Assembly: GCF_018350175.1 (NCBI RefSeq)
Contig: NC_058373.1
Location: 116,252,001 to 116,316,000, forward strand
Source of the DNA: Felis catus
Lineage: Eukaryota
Direction of reading: 5' to 3'
Length of the DNA: 64,000 nt
In this document: positions 15,518 through 27,676 of the stretch, piece after piece
Numbering within the stretch: the stretch's first letter is position 1
Layout: every line of letters starts with the position of its first letter
The notes under the pieces: model-generated
Told to the model about the DNA's origin: nothing
What the model saw: only the letters and a program-made list of their open reading frames with translations
The model's database searches: none
Translations under genes and position numbers: made by a program

Positions 15518-16380
15518 TGTTTTTTTAAATATGAAATTTATTGTCAAATTGGTTTCCATACAACACCCAGTGCTCATCCCAACAGGTGCCCTCCTCAATG
15601 CCCATCACCTACTTTCCCCTCTCCCCCACCCCCCATCAACCCTCAGTTTATTTTCAGTTTTTAAAAGTCTCTTGGGGCGCCTGGGTGGCGCAGTCGGTTA
15701 AGCGTCCGACTTCAGCCAGGTCACGATCTCGCGGTCCGTGAGTTCGAGCCCCGCGTCGGGCTCTGGGCTGATGGCTCAGAGCCTGGAGCCTGTTTCCGAT
15801 TCTGTGTCTCCCTCTCTCTCTGCCCCTCCCCCGTTCATGCTCTGTCTCTCTCTGTCCCAAAAATAAATAAACGCTGAAAAAAAATTTTTTTTTTTAAAGT
15901 CTCTTATGGTTTGGCTCCCTTCCTCTCTAACTTTTTTTTTTCCTTCCCCTCCCTCATGGTCTTCTGTTAAGTTTCTCAGGATCCACATAAGAGTGAAAAC
16001 ATATGGTATCTGGTCTTTCTCTGTATGATTTATTTCACTTAGCATAACACTCTCCAGTTCCATCCACGTTGCTACAAAGGGCCATATTTCATTCTTTCTC
16101 ATTGCCAAGTAGTATTCCATTGTGTATATAAACCATAATTTCTTTATCCATTCATCCATTGATGGACATTTAGGCTCTTGCCATAGTTTGGCTGTTGTTG
16201 AAAGTGTTGCTATAAACATTGGGGTACAAGTACCCCTATGCATCAGCACTCCTGTATCCCTTGGGTAAATTCCTAGCAGTGCTATTGCTGGGCCATAGAG
16301 TGGATCTTTTTTTTTTTTTTTCGTAGATCTATTTTTAATTTTTTGAGGAACTTCCACACTGTTTTCCAGAGCGGCTGCAA
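15518..16380 (-). mobile_element. 5'-truncated carnivore L1 (ORF2 C-terminus plus 3' UTR) with 19-bp TSD
   Basis: TATACCTCCCTGCCATTGT at 15499-15517 and 16381-16399; ORF 15776-16438 contains L1 ORF2 C-terminal motifs (AIALLGIYP, CTPMFIA, KLWFIYTMEYY). Confidence 0.93.
15674..15897 (+). mobile_element. Young SINEC_Fc nested in the L1
   Basis: CpG-intact consensus-like body; aaagtctctt duplicated on both sides. Confidence 0.95.
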
Positions 16381-17124
16381 TATACCTCCCTGCCATTGTG
16401 AAACTACTCATTGCCTTTAATGCTTTTCCTCTTTTCATTCACAGAGTAAAACAAACTGATAGTCTATTTCAGTATCCTCACTATAAAAATAAATAATCGT
16501 ACTAAAACAATTCAATATAGGATTTAGAGAATTTTCCTTAACTCATTTAGGTAACTGAGAAGTAACTCCTGAGGTGGGAGGTATATGTATTGTGGATTTT
16601 GTTTTTTATTTGATCTTTAAGAATAGATCATACCACAGCTGTCTAAAATGTCTTAGGCTATCTGTGCCTTGTTCAGGAATTGCCCTTAAGTACCCTGTAA
16701 ATGTTTAAACTTACTTGAGTGATTGTATTACTACCTCAAAAGTAAAGAGCTACATGATCCAAGGTTCTTAAACTTGCTGGGCTTGTAATTCAGTCTGCTG
16801 AAGTTTGCTAACACAAAGAAATGATTAAAAAGTCAAGACTTGGTAATTTTAAAAATATACATTAAAAAATTCACAATTGTCTATGTCCTTGAAAGTATTT
16901 TTAAATCTTTCTTGTTATTCATGGTTTTTGAGTCCATTGAATGTTTTTCCCCCTCCTATACCTATACATGCTTTAAATTTGGTTGTACCTAGAGTGTTAA
17001 ATTTTTCTTACTTGTGTTTTATGCTCTTATTCTAGTTAATTTCATTTTTTTTTTTTTGCCAGAAGATACTGAGTTTTAAGCAGTGTCACAATTCAAAAGC
17101 AGTGTCAACTTCAAAACCAGGTTT

Positions 17125-17316
17125 TGTTTATTTATTCATTTTTGTGAGAGAGAGCATGAGCAGGGAAGGGGGAGAGAGAGGGGGGGACAAAGGATCCCAA
17201 GGGGGCTCTGCGCTGACAGCAGTGAGCCTGATGCAGGGCTCGAACTCATGGAATTGTGAGGTCATGACCTAAGCTGAAGTCGGATGCTCAACTGACTGAG
17301 CCACCCACGTGCCCCC
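17125..17316 (-). mobile_element. Can-SINE
   Basis: Antisense body; aaaccaggtttt TSD. Confidence 0.9.
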
Positions 17317-18616
17317 CAAACCAGGTTTTAAAGTGTTTTCTCCCTCCTGTTTGGTTCCTTAGTTCAAAGATTTTTGTGTGTGTGCGCTTTGTTTCTTTCT
17401 CTTAAAAGTTAAAAGATTCAAAAAGTTTATTACAATCGGGTTGTAGAAGTGAATTTTCAGCAAGTGTAGCTATAACTAATGTGATTGAATATGCTTGTGG
17501 CAAATTATTTTAAGCTTTTTTAAAGACACTTTGCTTTCCTTGGCGCTAATAGAACTGGGCCCCCTTTGGACCCTATTCCAAATAGAGATGTTTTGATTTA
17601 GTAGTACGTTTTTCAGGGGGCATGGTTTAGTTTTATTTGTTGTGACCATAAATTATGGCATAGTGTTTTCAGTTGAATGTGTGATCCTAGCTATTGTTAA
17701 AGTAATTGTTACAGTAAACATTGAAAATTCTTTTAGCATTAGATATTTACACCCTGAATATTACAAGGACACTGTAGGCAATAATCATAACTCCATTTTA
17801 ATACATTGTTCAGAGGATGTCTAAACTTTCATCTTAGGGTGTTTCTAAAACTATTTTATTAAGAGTAGTATTATGTAGTTCTTTTGCAGAGGACAAAATA
17901 TGAATAGTGCAATAATAGCAAAAAAAAAAAAAAAAGTTTTCTGAAGAAGCCAAAGGACATTGTGACTATAAATGGACACTAATAGTTGTGTTTTCTTCTT
18001 ACTATTATGCAATAACTAGCTTTTACTTAAAATTAACACCATTAAGTCTTCAGTAGAAGGAAGATAATAAAGAAAATGTTTCCTGTTTCCCTTCTTTCTA
18101 TTTATTCTCAGTCTTTAATGATTACATTTTGCTTTTATCCAAATCCTTCAGAGTAATTTTAGTACATTTTATGGATTGAATTATTCTCCTTAAATTATAT
18201 CTGGGTAAATTTTACTCTTATTCTGGTTATCTAAAACTAGAGAGAATGTTTGAAAGTTTCTTAATGAAGTGAATTGACCTGTAAATTGAGTAGTAGTTTG
18301 TTACAGTAAAATGGAAATCTTCAATATAAGTTCACAAAGTGTCTTGAGTTTTAGGAGTGGTTTTAAATTCCGCAACCTCAGTTAACATTGCTGATGTCTG
18401 AGAGCCATTAACAGTCACTCATGTAAGTTTTCATTTCTTCCTGCAAGTGGCTTGTTTTATCCTTTATCTAGTGACTGCCTGCCAGTACGGTTTCTCGTTT
18501 GTGACAGTGCTGGTTGCAGTTTCCTATTACTGAAATCATAGTTGTCAGGAATAGGCAGAGCATACAGTAGGCTTTGTAGATGGTGGTGACAGAAAGGTGT
18601 CCTTGAATTTCTAGAT

Positions 18617-18799
18617 CAGCACTGTCCAGTACAACTTTCTGTGACGATGGAAATGTTCTCAATATTGGTAGCCACTAGGCACATGTAGTTCTCGAGCACT
18701 TGCAGTGTGGTTTATGGATCTGATAAACTCAATTTTTAATTTTATTTAATTTTAAGTAGCCACATATGGCTAGTGGCTACCGTGTTGGGGACAGCACAG
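18617..18799 (+). mobile_element. MER3 hAT-Charlie MITE with perfect 8-bp TSD
   Basis: cagcactgtcca...gacagcacag termini; TTCTAGAT at 18609-18616 and 18800-18807. Confidence 0.88.
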
Positions 18800-19940
18800 T
18801 TCTAGATGACCAGGTTTAATGATCATTTGTTCTCACAGGTCACATGTAATTTTTGTGTACATGAGCTTTTATATCACAAGTAACAGCTTTTTCACATTTA
18901 AAGGATTTTTCATTATATCTCAGTGAAACTGGAGGGGAAAAAAAGAAAAATATTAGGAGTCCAGTCTGATTTGGAGCCAAAGCCGCAAAACCTAACTTCT
19001 TATTTAGTTGCCTAACTTAGAATATCACTGTAGTATGTGAGCTGAAAAATAAGTAGGCGTTCTGTCATTTGTGACTTCTACTATTTACTGGCGGAAGCTT
19101 GCCGGATGGGTGAAATAATTGTGTTTGTCATTCCTGCAGTAGAAGAAAGTGGCTACATAGAGACCGTTATCCTTTTGAAGGTAGTGCATATATTCCTAAT
19201 CTAACACCCACCAGTGCAGTCTGAGGAAGGGGTACAGAATGTAAACATTAAAAAGAATACTTTATTAAAATCAACATCCAAATGGATGGAAATGGCTGTT
19301 GCTCAGCAGAAGAATTATTTGAGAATTAGTAACGTTTTTAAAATGTCAAGAAAACTTGCAATAGAACTGAAATCTGAATGCAACATTCTTGGATTTGTAA
19401 TCTTTTTCATAATACTTAATAGAAAAAAAGTGTTTTGAAAGAATGTTTCTGTACTACATTTTGTGTTTATTTATTTAGTATGCAGATACCCTTTGTCAAA
19501 GTCAAAATCATCCCTAAAATATTGAGATCACTAGGAAACCATTGTTTTAAATTCACATAGATAAAGCATCATTTTGCATTTTGTTCTAGAAACTGAAATC
19601 AGTCAATTAGAATGGTTTTATAAAATTTTATGTGACTCTATTAAGCCATGGTTGGTATTTGTCATTGTTGCTTATTTGGTTTTAGTTTGTACTTTATCGC
19701 TTTTGGATTAAACTATGAATTTCTGTACTTGCCGTCTTGCTGATACTTGCTTCCTAATGTTGAGGGGACCTGTGCTGCTGGCGTAGAGTTGAATAAAGTT
19801 TCATGGCAGCTCACTACTTCACAGTTAAGATATGTCCATGCTGTCTTGAATTAAACATTTAAAAAGCTGCCAAAGTTATGCCACAGTGCGGCGTGGGATG
19901 AATAGCTTCCTTACCTCTGGCATCAAAAATGAAGTATTAT

Positions 19941-20120
19941 CAGTCAGCTAAGCGTCTGACTCTTGTTTTCGGCTCAAGTCATGGACTCTCGGTCACGGGA
20001 TTGAGCCCCGTGCTGGGCTCTGCACTGACAGCGTGGAGCCTGCTTGGGATTCTCTTTCTCTCTCCCTCTGTCTGCCCCTCCCCCACTCGTGTTTTCTTTC
20101 TCTCTGCCTCAAAATAAATA
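19941..20120 (+). mobile_element. 5'-truncated Can-SINE
   Basis: cagtcagctaagcgtctgactcttg body; aaaaatg(a/c)agtattat TSD. Confidence 0.88.
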
Positions 20121-20259
20121 TTTTAAAAATGCAGTATTATTGTTTGCTTCTACTGTCCTCTTGACAGTAGGAAAATAATGCCCCATTCCTGTTAGTTGGA
20201 ACTAACAAATATTGCACTTGTGAAGTTGACTTAATTCAAGAGTGTGTGATTTATTTGTA

Positions 20260-20454
20260 TTTTTTTTTCAAAGTTCTTTTTTTAATTTATTTTTTCAAAG
20301 TTTTTTTATTCATTTATTTTGGGGGGAGAGAGAATCTCAAGCAGGCTCTGCACTGACAGCTTGGAGCTGGACATGGGGGGCTCAAGCTTACCAACCGTGA
20401 GAGCATGGCCAAAATCAAGTCCGAGCTTAACCATCTGAGCCGCCCAGGAGCCCC
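20260..20454 (-). mobile_element. Can-SINE
   Basis: Antisense body ending gagccgcccaggagcccc. Confidence 0.85.
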
Positions 20455-20736
20455 TAGATGAAGGTTTAAACCAATGGAGATATTAAAATAGGAAATTGAG
20501 TTTGAAGAGAAGATGGTGAGGCCAGATATATCAAAAACATTATTTTTAAAGAACGAATTATCTAAATAAACAATGTGTATGTCTTGTGTATTCTTTGATG
20601 CGCCATATTAACAGTGTATGTATGAAAGCCCTTGGGCTCAAGCAGATAGCTTCCCTTTACGTTTGAGGGTGGGAAGACGGGAGAGGCAGGCTCAGCTGCT
20701 ATTTACATCTCTGACCTAGGCTCCTATTTGACCTAA

Positions 20737-20913
<177 letters not shown>

Positions 20914-23654
20914 TAGCATGCATGTAACAGACCTTCTAACCTGTTCTGTCAGTGCCAGGAAAGCATTCAGATTGCTTTTTCTTTTCCCTCCAGTTTCTCC
21001 TATAGTTTTAAGCTCTTTGGGCTTTCTCTGCATGTGACCACGAGCCTGCTGCATTCTGCATGCCTTGCGTTGCACTGTTTAGACAAAACGATCAGATTGG
21101 GTTAGTCCATTTTAAATAGCAAAATTACTTTAGGGCAGCTCTATAAATGTAAATAGAGGCCTTAAGTCAGCTTTTCATTTTTTTTTCTACTCCCTATTAA
21201 TATTATTGGAGCATCTTTTCCCCAACATCTTGATCAGTTTAATAGGAACAATTATGGGCTGAGTGGTGAGCTTGCTGAGGAATACAGATAACTGACCTCA
21301 GCTTGATAAGCCAGTTTATTTCACTTCACTAAAATATATATTTTGTATTGCTTAAAAATTTATATCTTTTATTTCATAATCAGTAGAACCTGGTAAATGA
21401 CATGGGATGAAAATACTCTATGGCAAAGTACGGTCAATTGGATATATATGTATATATTTGTATATATCTGTGTTGAATTTCTCCACTTTTACTAGTGCTG
21501 AAGAAAAACATTTTTTGCATTTCCCGATATTCCTAATTAAGAAAACATCTATTTATAATATTGGGAATAGTTTTCCATTAAACTTTTAGTGTTTTATTCT
21601 CAAGTATGTCTTACACATCAAAACATTTATGCTGATGCTTTAATACAAATATGGACAAAAATGCTTTACATGTGCTTGCTTAGGCAGTGCACATAAAATA
21701 CCATATACTCTCATTAATCTCTGTGTTGAAAATCACCATTACCAAATTATTTTCCTACCTTTTAATCTGGAATTCAAAAAGAACACTTAGTGAAACAACT
21801 CCTGTTGAATACATGGTAGATCAGAAGAGCTGACCCCCTTCCCTTGTTAAAATCCTGTTCTTGAGAGTAACAAAATCTTTCTCTTTACATTTCCCTGGAA
21901 TTTAAGACTTGCTTATTTTTTCTGGGTTTTACATTACAATCAGGAGCTTCATCTTTTGTGGGTCATGTTCCTAATTAATCCTGCAGTAATACATAATTCT
22001 GTAAGAAGTAGTATGGGTTAGTTAAACCAACATTGAAAATATAAAAATGGGAAGGCACCAGTTAAAAAAACATTCGGTCTAGAAACCTTTTTCTGAGCAC
22101 CTTTGCCTTTTATGAACCCTCCCCTTCTGCTCCCTGAATTAACTTCTTTCTGCTGATGGATTTGGGGTCTAGCCCCAACCTGCAGAAAGAGCTCAGCATT
22201 TCATTTTACTTTTTGTTTTGTTTTTTCTAACCTTTTCATTTTGCCCCTTTAATAACACTTGCCGTAGACCTGTTTGCTTTCTTACTCCATGGTGCTGTTT
22301 ATTAATCCCTTTTTTTATTTTAACCTTCTTTTTTTGGTCTTTGCAAACCCTTTCATTCTTTGCCACAAATAAGCCTGCTGGATCCCACTTACCCAACAAA
22401 CGCAGACAAATTACTTTTTTCTTTGCCTGGTGGAATATTAAAGAACTGTGTTCTAACTCCAGCCAATCATGTAGAATTCTGTAGGGTTTTAAATACATCA
22501 CCGTTCAAATGAGGATAATGGCGTGAATCTTACTTGCAAAGCGCTCACTTTAGAATTTTTGGCAGGTAATCTTCTAGTAGTCAGTGTGCAGATTTTGTTA
22601 AGATTCTAGGATATTTCCAGCATAAACTTTACATGTATCTTAAATAGGTGACTTCATCATGGATGAAATAAGATAAAATTTAGCTTAGAGAAATTAAAAA
22701 CACCAATGGATAAAATCTTTTTTAAATTGCAAAAATATTCAGGTAGAAAATATTGGTGTTAATTCTGTTTGAATTACATAATAATATTCTCATCTTTAAG
22801 TAAATATAGGATTGCATGGTCATAGAAAACTTGAAAAACTTGTTTGTCAAAAGGAAATGGAATAGGAGTGACAGTACTTTAATTACAATTACTAAAATGT
22901 ACTAACTTATTTTAAACTTTAATGAATAGTTCAAGTAATTGACAGTCAAAAGCAACCTGGTAAATTGTATGTTTTCAAGGATTGTGAGTGAATCATAAAT
23001 TTCTTCCTGAAGGGAAAATGCAGATTTTTAAAATAATTGTCAGAATGTCTTGTTTCAGAATTATTTTTAAGTGTCCTTTTCATTAAGTTAGGCTCGTAGG
23101 TAGCTTCAATAGGCCCTTGCCAGTTCTCAGTTACTAGAGAGAAAAGCAAAGATTAATATTTAAAAATTTTATAGTACTAGTATTAAGAGTTCCATATTTA
23201 TCTATTTTTGTCAACCCAAATATGGTATCTTTTAGAACTCTGGTTAATGGACTGGAATGAAAAATTAGTTGCATTTGGGGAGGGGACAAAAGCTTTATCT
23301 TATTCTTAGATTTTTTTTTTTTTTTAAAGTGTTAGAAGATTGAAAGATCTGTAATCAAAAAAGGTCATAGTAGTAACAGAATACATGATTAGAAATTCAT
23401 AGGGATCATTTTGTGGTACTCAGGAAAATCCACCAAATATTTGTTGTTTGTGTACTGTGTTCAAGGCATTCCTTTGAGTATTCTCTGGAATCTGCAGATT
23501 CATAAGAATAATGTGATGATGCGCTTAGAGTTTACTTTTTCATCATGGAGACACAAATAAAAATAACCAACGATATAAGGCAGAAGGTGCCAAATTCTAA
23601 ATAAGTGGTACAGAGGAAAGAAAGACCAAGACCAACTATATTTTTCTGCTATTC

Positions 23655-23837
23655 CTTATTATTTTTTAAACTTTATTTTTGTATTTTTGAGAGAGGGGGC
23701 AAGAGAGCACTAGTGGGGTAGGGGCAAGAGAGAGAATTCCAAGCAGGCTCTGTGTTGACAGATGTGGGGGCTTGAACTCACTAACCGTGACCTGAGCTGA
23801 CATAAAGAGTTAACCCACTGAGCCACCCAGAGGCCCC
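23655..23837 (-). mobile_element. Can-SINE
   Basis: Antisense body; tttttctgc TSD. Confidence 0.85.
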
Positions 23838-24839
23838 TGTTTTTCTGCCATTTAAATTGGAAAGGTTAATGGGTAAGATTGCATGTCAGTGATGCTATTG
23901 ATAGCCAACAGTTAGACCTAAATTTCTATCTTTCCTTTTACTATGTTGTAAAATAGTTGCTGCCTTTTCTCAAATTGGTAGTTTTGATAGAGAATTGATA
24001 CTCTAAAAAATATTAGCTCCTGTCGGTTATTAGTTAGGTAAAGTACAAACATCCAGGAATAGTTTTCCTACCAACTTCTGTAAAAATGAGAGGTTTTTTT
24101 GTTGTTGAAGGATTTTCAAAACAGGAATTCAAGGGACATAAACATTTATGATTAGCTTTTGATGTTCAAAACCTTGACAGCCACATAGATTTTCACTAGT
24201 TTCTTTTGTTTCTTTATTCTGGAATCGATTTTCATGCATTGCCTAATACTTTGGAAACCTTTTTGTATATATGGGTATGTTGAGGATTATTGTATTCTCA
24301 AATGTGTTCACATTAAAATACACCTAACTGCCATATAGCACCTTTGTTTTTGACTTTAAGTAAAAACAAAAAAGGACAGAAAGATTTGTTGAGTACATAC
24401 TGTATAAAATTCTTCTGTCTTCCAATTCAGAATCGGAAGGGACATAGCACTTGAACTACTTAAAACACCTTTTTTGTCAGAATTTTCTCCCTTGTAAGAT
24501 TTGGTCATTTTGGTAAGCTTTGTAAATAACTTTGGATTTTGAGGAAGAGTAACAGACTTATTATATATGTATGGAAAATACAACGATATTTGATTCCATT
24601 AATTCCCAAGATCATCTCTCGATTTATGTCAATTGTACAAACATCTACTCCAAAGGAGTTATTAAACGAATACCTTTATAGTTACAGCTTAAAAAAATAA
24701 TGCAAGTAAGCATCAACAAGTCAACATTGTGTGGACTTGGTTTTTTCATGTGTTCCACACATTCCTCTGCTCTATTTAGAGTGTATACTTTTTGTTGGCT
24801 CTAAAAGAAGCCTGAACTATGAATGTTCCAGGTAGTAAC

Positions 24840-25062
24840 GGTTAGTAGGACCTTCTGTGGTGGTAGAAAGATCTATGTAATTAACACTGTCCAGTGTGGT
24901 GGACACTAACTACTAGCTTTTGCCCACTCCGGTAGCTCTTCACTACGGCAGCTACTAGCTACTTGATGTGGCTCTTGAGCACTTGCAATGAGCTTGGTGA
25001 AACTGTGGAACTAAAATTTTAGTGTAGATAGTCACATGTGGTTCCTTTATCAGACAGTGTGA
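24840..25062 (+). mobile_element. Degenerate MER3-like MITE
   Basis: actgtccagtgtggt, gtggctcttgagcacttgcaatg, gtcacatgtgg. Confidence 0.55.
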
Positions 25063-26343
25063 TTCCAAAGTGTATTCTGTTGCCATAACCACAGGCTTCA
25101 GCAACATAAGCAGTGTTTTCTACTTAGTCTTTTATTACATGGTTACTTTAAATTGCAGCTTTCTTCACTGTCCATAAAGATGAGTTTATTTTATAGGCAT
25201 CAGAGAAATCATTGCATTGAATTCAGAACATTAGAAAGAAGTTGGTACTCAAAAAAATGATAAAACAACTGAATAAGGCCATCCTAATGCAGCAGTCTTG
25301 TTGTTGTTGTTTACTCAAAGGTCTAATTTAATAACAATGCAGTTACTTTGAACATCATGTAGAGAATGACATATAATAATTATACTCAAAATATTTTCAT
25401 GAGTTTCATTGATTTAAATTTGAGTATTAAGCACATTAAAATTCATAGTATTTTAAACATCTAAAATATAAAATGAGTTAAGAATATAATAGAGTTTCTT
25501 AATTATAGATAATGTTTAGATATTTAGATTTGATAGTTTTAAATGGCAAGTCTATAACAAAATACTAATAATATATTAACAGAATTCTGTAAGATTTTAA
25601 AAAGACTGTAATATCCCTTGAGAAATTACAGGTTTCCAAAATATTTTTAAGATTTTCTAAAATGATGGGCCCTTGTTAATGAAATGATGAAATGGGTTGG
25701 AGAAGGTAATAACATGTATACAGAGCCTGTGTGGCTTTATTTAAAAAATATGCAGGCTTTTCATAGAAAAAATACTTTATAAATTAATCATACTTGCAGC
25801 ATCCCAGCAGTCATTTGTATTTCACTCGGTTGAGTCGATGTTTGTTATTCCATTTCTCTTGCACTAGTTTGTGATTTTCTTTTGATTGAAAATTGTCACC
25901 TTGGTCGCATTTGATAAGGATTCTTTGGTTTTCAGGTGCATAGAAACTTTGTTTTATTGTGAATTCGAGATGCCAGAATATTTGAAAGAACAATTCTAGA
26001 ATTATAAAGGTTATAAAGAAAAGTGCATATTTAAACTGACAAAGAGGATTTATCTCTTGGGGACCAGCTACAACCCCCATATATAGTTAATGTGCTTGTT
26101 TTTCTTTGCTGCTTTCTTTTTCCTTACACTAGAATTTTGTTGGCTTGGGGTGGGGAAAAGTCACAGATTGGTTAGTTTACATATACATTAAATGTTTGCT
26201 GTGTTCATCACAATGACTCAGTTTTCTAAGGACCAGAAGATTTAAGACAGCAGTGTAATCTGTATATGTTGCAAAGTTTGTTAGCTTTCTTAGGTTACAT
26301 TGAAAAAATCAGGTTACATTTTGAAATCCATTTTCTATATTGA

Positions 26344-26634
<291 letters not shown>

Positions 26635-27458
26635 TAATAACAGCAGATGATGGGTAACAATGATTGCAATTTCTGTGAGACAGCTTCATTTGGAACTATG
26701 CATAAGAGCACTTTTTTATAGGATTTGTCCTATGTGTGAGGAAAATTTGACTTGCTTTCCCTTTTCGGTTTCTCTCAACTTTTACTGTTTTGTTTTGTTT
26801 GTTTTGTTGTTTTTAGCATATTATTGGTAGATAGTTAAAAGTATTAATGTTCATGCTTTAGTGTTCTCTTAAAATGATTCGGGCAGTCCTGTTACTCATT
26901 GGCACTTGTACTCTGTGGGGAAATGCTGATTTTTTGAAAAATGATTTTGATTAAATCTTAAAGTCTTTGAATTTGCTGAATGTGCTGCAGGAAGGGCAAA
27001 AATACTTTCTGATGGTCTGTTGCTATGGAATCTTTCTTTTGGGTATTCTATATTTCATTTCAGTGTCTGTCACCTGAGATAGACTTACGTAATCCTAAAT
27101 GCAGTACCCTGAGGACACCATGGCTCTATACTAATATCAATAAATTCATCAAGTTTTTTCTTTTTCCTGTTAATATACCTATAAATATTAATATAAGTTA
27201 TTAAGTAGTTTATTCTCAGAGGGGTGGTGTAGTTTAAAACATCAGTAATGCATAGCCACTCAGATACCTCTTTTGTACTTTACAGACAGTATTTTATACT
27301 TTGTATGTAAAATATATACAAAGTATATAAAATATAGAGTATTTTATTCTTTAGTTTCTATTTCTCTGTATAATCCATCTTGTGTTCAGAATGCAGATTA
27401 GTAACAAGAAAATGAAAAACAATGAAGAGAATTTTGTTATTAAAAAATACACAATTGA

Positions 27459-27676
27459 GGGGCGCCTGGGTGGCGCAGTCGGTTAAGCGTCCGACTTCAG
27501 CCAGGTCACGATCTCGCGGTCCGTGAGTTCGAGCCCCGCGTCGGGCTCTGGGCTGATGGCTCAGAGCCTGGAGCCTGTTTCCGATTCTGTGTCTCCTCTC
27601 TCTCTGCCCCTCCCCCGTTCATGCTCTGTCTTTCTCTGTCCCAAAAATAAATAAACGTTGAAAAAAAAATTAAAAA
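27459..27676 (+). mobile_element. Young SINEC_Fc with 17-bp TSD
   Basis: AAAAAATACACAATTGA on both sides; about 3 differences from the 15674 copy. Confidence 0.96.

Noticed and set aside
15776..16438. 220-aa minus-strand ORF
   Set aside because: Chimera of L1 ORF2 C-terminus, 3' UTR and SINE sequence; not a host gene
27290..27334. AT-rich hairpin TATACTTTGTAT...ATACAAAGTATA
   Set aside because: Short and low-complexity; lacks the length and composition of a pre-miRNA
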